The notes beneath the pieces are model-generated. The model searched no databases, was not told the DNA's origin, and worked only from the letters and a program-made list of their open reading frames with translations. From assembly GCA_965237685.1 (NCBI GenBank), contig CBDEGF010000003.1, positions 1,276,069 to 1,340,068 of the forward strand: a stretch of 64,000 bases of DNA. Reading direction: 5' to 3'. The position numbers and the translations under genes are program-made. Position 1 is the stretch's first letter. Every line of letters begins with the position of its first letter. Shown here in pieces: positions 36,001 to 44,580 of this stretch. The DNA comes from Candidatus Marinacidobacterales bacterium. Lineage in GTDB: Bacteria; Acidobacteriota; Vicinamibacteria; Marinacidobacterales; SMYC01.

Positions 36001-38397
36001 ACGGCCGATCTGCTTCGCTTCACGCCGGAGACCCGGGCTGCCGCCACGCTGTTCTGGGCTCTGTACGAGGACCGAACGCAGCGAAGCTACTGGGAGAACC
36101 AGGCGAAGAGTCTGGTGAGGCTGCGATCCCAGTTCGCGGGGAGCGGCGCGGCGCGCGGCCTGGGAGAAGAGCTCACCGGGGCCATGAAGGTCTTTTTCGA
36201 GAACATGGGCGTCGAGATACCGGATGACGCGCTGCGTCTGGCCGGCGCCTATCTCCTCGAGGAGATCGCCAAGGAGCCCCAGCGCTTCGTTCTGAGCGCC
36301 GAAGCCAAAGCGCTCCAGAACGAGTTCGAGCAGCATTTGCGCGCCTCCGGCACCGATCGCGATTTCGAGCAGGACATGCGCTCGTTACGGGACGACCCGG
36401 TGCGACGGTACCGGCTGGCGATCTCCTGGCTCGAGGGCTACTTGAAGCATATCGGCGCTCTCGAGCCGCTTCGGCACGTGCTCGCCGAGACGGTCGCGGC
36501 CACCCTGACCGAGGGTGTCATCAGCCGCGAAACCTCGAGTGCTCTTCACGCGGTCGAGCTCGACGGGTTGCTGGGCCAGCACCCGCGCATCGCGAGCGGC
36601 AAGATGACGCTCCAGCTCGACGAGTTCCTCTCGCGTCTGGGAACGTTCCGGCACGAGCGCGTGCCGGGCTTCCGTCGCTTCCAGGCGGCGAGGCACGCTG
36701 TGCTCGAGAGCGAGCGGAAGAAGCTCCGTCTCGATGAGTACAAAGCCAAAGTGATGTCCGCCTTCGTGAGAAACCACCTCATCAACGAGGTCTATCTTCC
36801 GGTCATCGGGGACAACCTGGCGAAGCAGATGGGCGCCCTCGGCGCCGGCAAGCGCACCGACCTCATGGGCATGCTGCTTCTCATCTCTCCGCCCGGCTAT
36901 GGCAAGACGACGCTCATGGAGTACATCGCCAACCGCCTCGGCCTGGTGTTCATGAAGATCAACGGGCCTTCCCTGGGGCATTCCGTGACGTCGCTCGATC
37001 CCGGCGAAGCCCCCAACGCCACCGCGCGACAGGAAGTGAACAAGCTCAACCTCGCCTTCGAGATGGGCAACAACGTGCTCCTGTATATTGATGATATCCA
37101 GCATACCCATCCGGAGTTCCTGCAGAAGTTCATCTCCTTGTGCGACGCCCAGCGGAAAGTGGAGGGTGTCTGGAAGGGTGAGACGCGCACCTACGACTTG
37201 CGCGGCAAGAAGTTCGTGGTGTGTATGGCGGGCAATCCCTACACCGAGTCCGGCGAAAAGTTCCAGATCCCCGACATGCTGGCCAATCGTGCCGACACCT
37301 ACAACCTCGGTGACATCCTCGAAGGCAAGGACGAGCTCTTCGCACTCAGTTACATCGAGAACAGTCTCACCTCGAACTCTTATCTGGCAACTTTGACCAG
37401 CCGGGAGCCAGGTGACATCGATAAGCTGGTGCGCATGGCACGCGGCGAGCCCGTACAGGCCGATCAGCTCTCCCACTCCTACTCGGCGGTGGAGCTGAAC
37501 GATCTGCTCGAAGTCCTGAAGAAGCTTCTGCACGTGCAGGGGCTCTTGCTGCGCGTGAACCAGCAGTACATCCTTTCGGCGTCGCAGCAGGACGTCTACC
37601 GTACCGAGCCACCCTTCAGGCTCCAGGGAAGCTACCGCAACATGAACAAGCTGGCGGAAAAAGTCGTTCCCGCGATGAACGCAAAGGAGCTGGAGGCTCT
37701 CATCGACGACCACTACACGGGCGAGGCCCAGACGCTTACGACCGGGGCGGAGGAGAACCTCCTCAACCTGGCGGAGATGCGCGATCGCCTCTCACCCGAA
37801 CAAGCGGCCCGCTGGGACGAGATCAAGAAGGCCTTCGTCCGCGTCCAGCGCATGGGAGGTGGCGATGACGACCCTGTCACCCGACTGACCGGACAGTTGA
37901 GCCTCGTCTCGGAGCGACTCGAGGACATTGGTGAGAGCATCGACAAAGCAGCGAACGATCGACCGGCCGTGGCAGTGGCTTCCGGTGGAGCACTCGCGGC
38001 TGCGCCAGCCGCACCCGCGAACGTCGATGTAAAGATCGACTTCGAGCCGTATCTGAACAAGCTGAACGAGTTGCTCGAGGCGCTCAAGAACGGCCAGGAG
38101 AAGGCGCCGGTCGTGGCAGGGTCCATCACCGACGAGCCGCCGCCGGACTACGAGCTCATCTCGCGTGAGGCCTACCTCATCCAGAACACGCTGATTCCCC
38201 TCCTTCAGTTCATGGCGCACCGCTTCAGGGGCTACCGGGACGTCGAGGATCCCAAGGTGAAGGCCCTCATCTCGTCCCTGGAGAAGGTGGACGACCTGAA
38301 CGAGCTGGTGAGCGCGCTCGAGAAGATCAACGTCTCCGCACTCGCTGACATGACCGAGGACGAACTCGAAGAGGCGGAGCAGCAGGATCCACCGTAG
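33019..38397 (+). CDS. giant (1792 aa) multidomain protein: N-terminal beta-rich domain, ~800-aa helical/coiled-coil region, AAA_5 (dynein/MoxR-type) ATPase module near residues 1280-1480, and a helical C-terminus
   Basis: Uninterrupted 5379-nt ORF. ATG is 10 nt after the flotillin stop. Walker A LLISPPGYGKTTLMEY. Walker B NNVLLYIDDIQHTHPEFLQKF. Sensor-1 KKFVVCMAGNPYTE, plus FQIPDMLANRADTYNL (the R finger / LxxRF-like motif of AAA_5). No VWA/MIDAS partner domain seen. Confidence 0.8.
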   Translation: MTTESEAGTVSIERGTYEIIRDRLLGQGKELSTRAEALNKKRLELFGGTELAVIGNERIRTANNCVPRDIKEVGPFLLFGYNVFIGLKTETAVEDVFSLHRFEETDGGFTFNAVAPDSPDYFLSDPRLLKDFRELYEYYKNSRLIQLRRLEGKILAVFQIGEKISDIRAFRWAVDVDGKITYIDNRGERDHTFPPQHDFEWTPTSREDHVAGRHPHVSILDEVFVETVGGDLTVKVEDNTESGTGVYAEPVDEPDQSLDDAEIHYAKVGTLILLKVRPYNETTWRYLVFNTRTHKVNRIDAIGQACLELPEDHGLIFPGGYYLQSGTTKTFDRNITGMEFLRTIRSPNGEDVLYVFHQRKEGRTILLPYNMIRKEVPNPLYCHGFSLFPDGKAVIFRADSDEPTRVHRMQIWRTPFMSDEHMTVAPVSDSYLQKVGNADLVRGVSDCLSLVRMVNEQTPTRQKYEDLVAAAERVIDGYYWLDHQEVGEPAGVVREIHETAEAIIDEFEKVEALRQLAREAIAETEANIQEIFRGIYPDSWTTIDRYVEYLSKLRSARGHAITLREKRYVDLTRLDELEQEVIERFDALSARAVEFLTGEAALAPYHEQIATLESGVDALSKVTEANEHQEKLQAVSDGLDLLTEVVTSLDIEDATVRTQILENISEIMGGLNRVRALIAIRRKELLGKESIAEFGVQFQLLSQSVTSALSLSDTPEACDEQLPKMMLQLEELETRFSEFDEFVTELTTKREEIYEAFTSKKQSLVDRRQRRAQRLLQAAERILQGVIRRAETFETDDDLNAFFAADAMVAKLRATADKLRKLGDSVNADEVETRLKTAREEAARGLRDRRDIYEEGASVIKLGKHRFSVNTQPLELTMVPRDGGMAFHLTGTGFYETVYDETFSATKDFWNQELVSETKEVYRGEYLAASILEDAELGRAALSIAKLQEAALADGQLLSLVRDYASERYDEGYERGLHDADATLILSKLLPMHQTADLLRFTPETRAAATLFWALYEDRTQRSYWENQAKSLVRLRSQFAGSGAARGLGEELTGAMKVFFENMGVEIPDDALRLAGAYLLEEIAKEPQRFVLSAEAKALQNEFEQHLRASGTDRDFEQDMRSLRDDPVRRYRLAISWLEGYLKHIGALEPLRHVLAETVAATLTEGVISRETSSALHAVELDGLLGQHPRIASGKMTLQLDEFLSRLGTFRHERVPGFRRFQAARHAVLESERKKLRLDEYKAKVMSAFVRNHLINEVYLPVIGDNLAKQMGALGAGKRTDLMGMLLLISPPGYGKTTLMEYIANRLGLVFMKINGPSLGHSVTSLDPGEAPNATARQEVNKLNLAFEMGNNVLLYIDDIQHTHPEFLQKFISLCDAQRKVEGVWKGETRTYDLRGKKFVVCMAGNPYTESGEKFQIPDMLANRADTYNLGDILEGKDELFALSYIENSLTSNSYLATLTSREPGDIDKLVRMARGEPVQADQLSHSYSAVELNDLLEVLKKLLHVQGLLLRVNQQYILSASQQDVYRTEPPFRLQGSYRNMNKLAEKVVPAMNAKELEALIDDHYTGEAQTLTTGAEENLLNLAEMRDRLSPEQAARWDEIKKAFVRVQRMGGGDDDPVTRLTGQLSLVSERLEDIGESIDKAANDRPAVAVASGGALAAAPAAPANVDVKIDFEPYLNKLNELLEALKNGQEKAPVVAGSITDEPPPDYELISREAYLIQNTLIPLLQFMAHRFRGYRDVEDPKVKALISSLEKVDDLNELVSALEKINVSALADMTEDELEEAEQQDPP

Positions 38398-38470
38398 ACG
38401 CATCGGTTAGAGTTACAATCAACACAGCGGTACCCCTTGCAGCGAGCGCATTCGAGCTAAGGAGGCAAGC

Positions 38471-39229
38471 ATGGGCCTTTGGGCACGCATCAAATCCGTC
38501 TGGTACGCCCTGCTCAACCAATCGGTCACCGACATGGAAGACAAGCACGTCATCGCCCTGGCCGAGAGCAAGCTCCGGCAAGCTACCGAGCGGCTCAAAG
38601 ATGCCCGGCAAGGGCTCATCAACTACCAGACGCTGGTCTTGAAAGTGCAGCAGCAGGTCGTGCGCGAGAAGGCTCGTATCCAGAGCCTTACCGCACAAAT
38701 AAAAACGCACCTCAAAGCAGGCCAGGAGGACCTGGCGGCTCAGCTCGCCATGGAGCTCGCCCAGGTTAACAACGAGCTCGCAAGCAACGAGGAGCAGCTC
38801 ACACAACACCAGAGTGCCTACGAGAATAACCTCCTGAAGATGAAGGCCGCCCTCAAGGAGATCCAGTCTACGAAGAAGGAGCTGGAGAAGATGAAGGCGG
38901 CGCTGCAGATGGAGAGCGCTCTGGCCGAGGTGTCGGAGACGGCGGGCACCCTCAACACGAGCTTCGACGTGTCCTCCGACCTCGGAGATATCATGGGTCG
39001 CGTGGACGACCAGATCAACAAAGCCCGGGCGCGGTCCAAAGTCGCAGACGATTTGGGAGATCAGGACCTCGAGCGGCTGAAAGCCCAGCAGGAGGCCGAA
39101 AAAGCGCAGGCGCAGGACCTTCTCGAGCAGTTCAAGATCGAGCAGGGGCTGGTCGAGCCCTCCTCGACTCCTACCGAAAAGACCGTTGGCCGAGAGCGGG
39201 AAGCCGCGACCGAAGGAGACGGTAACTAG
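38471..39229 (+). CDS. pspA: PspA/IM30/Vipp1 family protein (bacterial ESCRT-III superfamily)
   Basis: GGAGG RBS 6 nt upstream. MGLWARIKSVWYALLNQSVTDMEDKHVIALAESKLRQATERLKDARQGLINYQTLVLKVQQQVVREKARIQSLTAQIK... is the hallmark PspA N-terminal amphipathic helix plus coiled-coil hairpin. Confidence 0.85.
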   Translation: MGLWARIKSVWYALLNQSVTDMEDKHVIALAESKLRQATERLKDARQGLINYQTLVLKVQQQVVREKARIQSLTAQIKTHLKAGQEDLAAQLAMELAQVNNELASNEEQLTQHQSAYENNLLKMKAALKEIQSTKKELEKMKAALQMESALAEVSETAGTLNTSFDVSSDLGDIMGRVDDQINKARARSKVADDLGDQDLERLKAQQEAEKAQAQDLLEQFKIEQGLVEPSSTPTEKTVGREREAATEGDGN

Positions 39230-39277
39230 ACGACTTCCGGAAAATAAACGCAAAGGCGCCAAGGCGCAAAGAACGGA

Positions 39278-41044
39278 ATGGCTACATCGCCCTCAGTCCT
39301 CACCCGCGACTCACCCACCTGGGCGCAAGAGCTGGCCCACCGCTACGTCAGCGGCGCCGCCAGCGTGTTCCTCGCCCACGGCAACGTCCACGATCTCGTA
39401 CCGGCGGGCGACGACCGGGCGTTCCTTTCGCTCGAGGACTACTTCGCGACCGAGCTCTTTGGAAGTCGCGACATCGTCATTCTCTACGACCGCGGCAGCG
39501 GTATTCGCTTCCTCGCTCCCGGAAACAACGACCGCCGGCAGGCAATGCGCCAGGACTTCCAGCGAACGCTCGAAACCATCGACATGGTCAACGAGACCAG
39601 CTTCGCCAAATCCCGCCCCAAGGATCCGACGCTCGTCTTCGAGCTCCTGGACCGGTACATCCTCCACAAGCTCCTGGAGACGCCGCGTGACGGAAACCGG
39701 AAGAGCCTGGCGATTCTCATCCGCTACCTCGAGACCATCACTCCGGCGGTGGACGGCTCATGGCTCACCGGTGCGCTGGGAGAGAACCTTCTCAAGGTCT
39801 TGAACTGGGCGAACGAGCCCACGATTCGAAGTGGCGACGTCACGTTTTGCCTCGTCACGGAAAATTTAGCCGACATCAGCCGGCGGCTCGTGGAGAATCC
39901 GTTCATCTCGAAAGTCGAGATCCCGCTCCCCGACCAGCCGACGCGCCGACGCTACGCCGAGCTCCTCTTGTCGTCGCGCCAGGAGACATCGAAGCTCAGC
40001 GCCGCGTCACTAGCGACAGAAGCCAACGGGCTCACCCTGGTCGGTCTCTCTCAGGCGATCGGCCAGGCTCGAAGCGAGTCGGACAGCTTCGGGCTCGAGT
40101 CTCTCAGGCGCGCAAAGAAAGAGCTCATCGAGAAGCAGTGTTTCGGCCTGGTCAAGTTCATGGCTCCTCGCCACGATCTCTCCGCAGTGGTTGCGCCGAA
40201 GGGCGTCAAGAAGCGACTCGAGCAGGACGTCATGCTCTTCAAGAAGGGCCGCTTCGACGCCCTTCCCATGGGCTATCTCCTGTGTGGTGTGATCGGCACC
40301 GGCAAGACCTTCACCACCACTTGTCTAGCAGGCAGTCTCGGCATCCCAGCCGTTGTCTTCAAGAACCTCCGGAGCAAGTGGGTGGGAAGCTCCGAAGGCA
40401 ACATGCAGAAGGTTCTCTCGGTCATCAAAGCGCTCGGCCCGGTGGTCGTGATCATCGACGAGGCCGACGCGGCGCTGGGCACACGCGCGGCCTCGGGAGA
40501 TAGTGGTACGTCGAGTCGGATGTTCGCGATGATCTCGTCCCTGATGAGTGACACCCAATACCGCGGCCGCATTCTGTGGATGCTTCTGACATGCCGGCCC
40601 GATCTCCTGCCCGTCGACTTGAAGCGGCAAGGTCGCTGCGAGGTGCACATTCCCCTGTTCTCGCCCGAGACCGAAGCGGAGCGCAAGGAGATGTTTCTCG
40701 CCATGGCGAGCAAGAACGGCGTCGACGTCGGCTCGGGCGACGTGCCTTCCCTGCCCGAAGGACTCTCCGGAGCGGACATCGAGAGTCTTCTCGTGCAGTG
40801 TGTTCGTCGAGCCGCCATCGAGGGCGCACCGAATCCGACCGCCGAGCACATGCGCCGAGCGGTAGAAGGTTTCATCAGCCCGGACTACGGTCTCGAGAAA
40901 GAGCTCCAGCGGCTGGTCGCCGTGCAGGAGTGTACGGACCGGGACTTCCTGCCCAGGAAGTGGCGCAAGGAGCTCTCGTCGGCCGAAGGGGCCTCCGCCA
41001 TCACCAAGCGCATCAGCGAGCTTCAGGCCCTTCTCGGCTCGTGA
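39278..41044 (+). CDS. tandem-AAA ATPase: a degenerate N-terminal AAA-like domain (D1) plus a canonical classic-AAA C-terminal domain (D2). Cdc48/Vps4-like disassemblase architecture.
   Basis: D1: FLAHGNVHD sits in place of Walker A, but TFCLVTENLADISRRLVENPFISKVEIPLPDQPTRRRYAELLL retains the AAA lid/SRH pattern. D2: Walker A LLCGVIGTGKTFTT. Walker B VVVIIDEADAAL. SRH LLTCRPDLLPVDLKRQGRCEVHIPL. No GAFTGA and no C-terminal HTH, so it is not a PspF-type sigma54 activator. Confidence 0.8.
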   Translation: MATSPSVLTRDSPTWAQELAHRYVSGAASVFLAHGNVHDLVPAGDDRAFLSLEDYFATELFGSRDIVILYDRGSGIRFLAPGNNDRRQAMRQDFQRTLETIDMVNETSFAKSRPKDPTLVFELLDRYILHKLLETPRDGNRKSLAILIRYLETITPAVDGSWLTGALGENLLKVLNWANEPTIRSGDVTFCLVTENLADISRRLVENPFISKVEIPLPDQPTRRRYAELLLSSRQETSKLSAASLATEANGLTLVGLSQAIGQARSESDSFGLESLRRAKKELIEKQCFGLVKFMAPRHDLSAVVAPKGVKKRLEQDVMLFKKGRFDALPMGYLLCGVIGTGKTFTTTCLAGSLGIPAVVFKNLRSKWVGSSEGNMQKVLSVIKALGPVVVIIDEADAALGTRAASGDSGTSSRMFAMISSLMSDTQYRGRILWMLLTCRPDLLPVDLKRQGRCEVHIPLFSPETEAERKEMFLAMASKNGVDVGSGDVPSLPEGLSGADIESLLVQCVRRAAIEGAPNPTAEHMRRAVEGFISPDYGLEKELQRLVAVQECTDRDFLPRKWRKELSSAEGASAITKRISELQALLGS

Positions 41045-41259
41045 CGCTCGCAGTCGATTCCCATGCGGGCTACCGCGGGGAAGAGACACCACGCCGCTTC
41101 TGCATCGAGGGTCGCTGGGTGGCAGTCGACGAGATTCTCGGGCGTTGGCGTACTCCGGAGCATTGCTACTTCAAAGTTCGCTCGGAAGATGGCGCCACGT
41201 GCACCCTTCGGCAAGACGTCGCGTCGGGCACCTGGGAGCTTCATGCGATTTCCTCGTGA
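41041..41259 (+). CDS. small (72 aa) hypothetical protein, translationally coupled to the tandem-AAA gene
   Basis: GTG overlaps the TGA of the upstream gene (GTGA). TLAVDSHAGYRGEETPRRFCIEGRWVAVDEILGRWRTPEHCYFKVRSEDGATCTLRQDVASGTWELHAISS. Looks like a small beta-rich domain (W/Y/F-rich). Ends 39 nt before the convergent DUF790 gene. Confidence 0.4.
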   Translation: MTLAVDSHAGYRGEETPRRFCIEGRWVAVDEILGRWRTPEHCYFKVRSEDGATCTLRQDVASGTWELHAISS

Positions 41260-41300
41260 CACGCCCAGTAACCTTCCCTACACTGAGTTGGAGGATACGC

Positions 41301-41597
41301 TCACAGAGTATTGCCGGGCGCTTCCATGATCTCCAGCAACCTCGCCGCATCGATGCGCCTGCGGAACTGCAGGACGGGCGTGTTGGGTGGCAGGTCTGAT
41401 TCGGAACACTGTCGCTCCTCGTCGATGCAGAGAATGAGATTAGGGATACGCGCAGCGCGCAGGAACGCGAGCTTTTTGAAGATGTAGTCGGGAGTCCAGA
41501 ATCCTACTATCTCGACGAACCAGGCGCGGGCAGGATCGATACGATGGCGCAAAAAAAAGTCGGGGAAGATGAGCTTGCCCCCCGCCGCAATTGCGTC
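41301..41597 (-). pseudogene. DUF790/Bax1-like nuclease, C-terminal part (3' portion of the gene split by IS copy B)
   Basis: Reading across the IS in frame: ...DWDVIREPDA | IS | IAAGGKLIFPDFFLRHRIDPARAWFVEIVGFWTPDYIFKKLAFLRAARIPNLILCIDEERQC... (restriction-endonuclease-like core E..D..K-type region). Confidence 0.6.
41590..41597. repeat. target-site duplication (ATTGCGTC), left of IS copy B
   Basis: Identical octamer at 44731-44738. Confidence 0.85.
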
Positions 41598-41678
41598 GTG
41601 TCCTTGCGACAGCAGTGCGTGACTTAGGTGCTGTTGGGTTCGTAAGTTGAGCGGAGAGATTGCTCAAGGAGGCCATCG

Positions 41679-42221
41679 ATGCGCTCAAAGAAGGCAGAAC
41701 TCGAAGACGTTGTGAAACAGTTCGAAGCATGGCGGGCGAAGCCACACGGACGGCTGATCCCGGAGGAGTTGTGGAAAGCGGCGCTGGGGTTGCTCGATCG
41801 GTATGCGCCGAGCACGATCTGCAGTCATCTCCGAGTCAATGCGGCGCGATTCAAACAGGTCCGAGAGAGTGGAGGGGCTGTTGTGGGCGAGAAGCGTTTC
41901 AAGGGGCACGGGCGAACGGGTGCTACGGGTCGGTCCCCGCGCACAGTACAGGATCGGAGCGCGGCGGAGCGGGTCACGGCGTTAGCTCCAAGTGGCAACG
42001 CGTTCGTCGAGCTGCCGCAGTTCGGCATGGGCTTAGGGGGCGGCATGATGACACCGCCGCTCGGCGAGGTTCAGCATGGAGCGAGCAGATGCCGTCTGAC
42101 GGTGGAGAGCGCAGCGGGGAGCCTCACGGTCGTGACGGCGAGCGGCGAGGGTGAGAATGAGTTGGTCGAAGCCGTGTGTCGTTTCGTGCTCGGCGCGCTG
42201 GAAGGCAGCTCCCGAGCATGA
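41679..42221 (+). CDS. tnpA: IS66-family TnpA (copy B)
   Basis: Identical to copy A TnpA apart from rare substitutions. Confidence 0.7.
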   Translation: MRSKKAELEDVVKQFEAWRAKPHGRLIPEELWKAALGLLDRYAPSTICSHLRVNAARFKQVRESGGAVVGEKRFKGHGRTGATGRSPRTVQDRSAAERVTALAPSGNAFVELPQFGMGLGGGMMTPPLGEVQHGASRCRLTVESAAGSLTVVTASGEGENELVEAVCRFVLGALEGSSRA

Positions 42222-42571
42222 TCCAGCTCGTTCCCCAGCTGAAGGTGCTGGTTGCCTGCGAGCCCGTCGATTTCCGCAAGGGCATCGATTCTTTGGCTTG
42301 TGTGTGCCGGCAACAGTTCCAGCTCGACTCATTCCTCAGAACGCTATTCGTTTTCCGCAACCGTTCAGGCACGGCCCTCAAACTATTGGTCTACGACGGC
42401 CAGGGCTTTTGGTTGTGCCAGAAGCGTTTCTCGAAGGGGCGCCTGCAGTGGTGGCCGCGTCAGACGACGGATGGCGTTGCGGCGCTACCCGCCGAGCAGT
42501 TGGCGGTGCTTATCTACAACGGACTTCCGCTGCGAGCGGGGATGGCCGAGCCGTGGCGGCGGGTCGGTTGA
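42218..42571 (+). CDS. tnpB: IS66-family TnpB (copy B)
   Basis: MIQLVPQLKVLVACEPVDFRKGIDSLA... Two substitutions versus copy A (DSFLRTLF vs DPFLGTLF). Confidence 0.8.
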   Translation: MIQLVPQLKVLVACEPVDFRKGIDSLACVCRQQFQLDSFLRTLFVFRNRSGTALKLLVYDGQGFWLCQKRFSKGRLQWWPRQTTDGVAALPAEQLAVLIYNGLPLRAGMAEPWRRVG

Positions 42572-43934
42572 GCCTTTCCAACGTCTTCTGGTAGCTCCAA
42601 GGCAGCCACGACTCGGGTGCTGCTCTAGCGTCTCGAGCGTGCATGGAGATGTTCGTCAGATAGTGCACCGGGTCGACACCGTTTTTTACCGCGGTGCGGA
42701 TCATGCTCAGGAGCACGTCGCCCACGTCGGCGCCTGCCTGGGTCTTGAAGAAGAGCGAGTTCTTGCGATGCCGTTGTGAGGGCTTCAGCTCCTGCTCGAC
42801 CTCGTTGTTGTCGAGGGGCACGCCCGGCACTTCGCGGAAGCGGGTTAGCCCTTGCCAGTGATTTTTGACGTAGGAAAAGGCTTTTCCAAGGCGGCTGTTG
42901 GGCTCCACCACGCGCTCGCGGAACTGCTTTTCGATCCACTCGTAGAGCGCATCCATCACCGGCCGGCTGTGTTGCTGGTGATATGCAAGCCGCGCATCGG
43001 GGGTCATGTCGCGCGTTTCGTCGTCGTTGCGGTAGATGGTCGCGATGTCCTCGAGCACCCGCTCGCAGTGTTCGGGGAAGGCTGGCTCGGCCTCGAAGAA
43101 GTAGCGGCGTGCGTGCACCATGCACTTGGCGGTAATCCGTCGCGGCGAGCGCGGTGCCATCGAGGAGGCGTCGGCCATATGGATGACATCGCTCTCCTGA
43201 ACGGTGCGCTGATTCAGGAGCCGGTCCATGTTTTCGCCCGCATGCCGTCGTCCGCTCGCGTACAGGATGATCGGAGCAAGCGTGGCGTCCAAGCCGCGGG
43301 CAACAATGCCCGTGGTGAAGATGCCCGTGCGCTCGCCTTTGCCTTGAGTCAAGGTCTCGTTCTCCGCCATCAACGTGAGGATCCGTGCGCCGGTGTCGTC
43401 ACTGTGAACCAGCGGCCGGTTCGCGGCTATCGTCTCCATGTGGCGGAAGACCGGGAACACGGCATTCGCCATCGCTTCGACCCGCTCGAACTGCGTGGAG
43501 GCGGCAAACGGAACCCCCGCCCACTTTTGCCACTGCGCCAGGCGGTGGTGGGGCATGCCCATGGCGTAGCGCAACACCGAAACGACCGCGTCCACACTCG
43601 GATGGTACTTGCTCGCCCAGGCCTGAGACGAAAGTGGCGCTGTGAACGTCTTCTGGCAACTTGCGCATCGCAGCATCTGGCGCTCGTACACCGTCGCCTG
43701 GATCGGCGGCTGAGCCTTCAGCTCCACATCCTTGTTCGCCGCATGGGTGTCGTAGAGCTTGCCCCGGCACAGTGGCTCGGGGCAGGGGCCGCTCGCCTTC
43801 AGCTCGGGATGCGAACCCCCGCCCACTTTTGCCACTGCGCCAGGCGGTGGTGGGGCATGCCCATGGCGTAGCGCAACACCGAAACGACCGCGTCCACACT
43901 CGGATGGTTGCCAACGACAGCACGTGACTCGCAA
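42510..43934 (-). pseudogene. tnpC: IS66-family TnpC, copy B. The N-terminal ~85 aa are replaced by a duplicated internal segment.
   Basis: Matches copy A from ...HPELKASGPCPEPLCRGKLYD onward. The N-terminus MRVTCCRWQPSECGRGRFGVALRHGHAPPPP is junk derived from the duplication. Confidence 0.75.
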
Positions 43935-44580
43935 GGCCTTTGATGGAAAGCCACGGCAGGATCAGGAACCGACTGTTGTTGACCACCCGGGGAAGGTTCT
44001 TCTGCCGCGTTGCGTCATCCCAACCGATGAAGCCGTCACGCGCCTGAAGCCACCGCGCCGCCGAGGAGAACTGCACGCACCCACAGAGCTCCCGCCGAGG
44101 ATTCGACATCCAGACCAAGTACCGCAGGTGCGCGCCAAAGGCCACCTTGTGGCCCAGGTAGTGGTAACGCGCGACCAGTTCCCTCCATAGCGCTCGCTCC
44201 TCAGCGTTCGCCACCAAGCCCAGCATCACCGGAGCGACGTCCGATAGCTTGCCCTCACGCCGTGGCCGCTCGCGACCAGCCTTCGTGTAGTGGATGCTCG
44301 TCGGTCCGCGGCGCCGCTGCTCGTGACGCGGGGGCAACGTCACCAGCCCCTTCGCTTCGACAACCTCCAGGTACTCGTAGCATTCCCGGGTCTTGAGATT
44401 GCCGTTCCGACGAACCCACCCCAGGCCCTCACAGATCGTGCGCGCCAGCTCGTGCCGGGACAGACCACACGTGGCGATGATCTCCGTCAGCACGCTCCAT
44501 TCCTCGGCGGTCACGGTCGTGCCGCAAAAGGTGGGTCGCTTGGCTGCGGTGTCGAGTGCAGCGTTTCCTGCCTGGGTCAC
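43399..44580 (-). pseudogene. IS accessory protein, copy B (chimeric 3' end after ...HVLSLA)
   Basis: The first ~255 aa are identical to copy A. The reading frame then runs into out-of-frame tnpC sequence. Confidence 0.6.
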
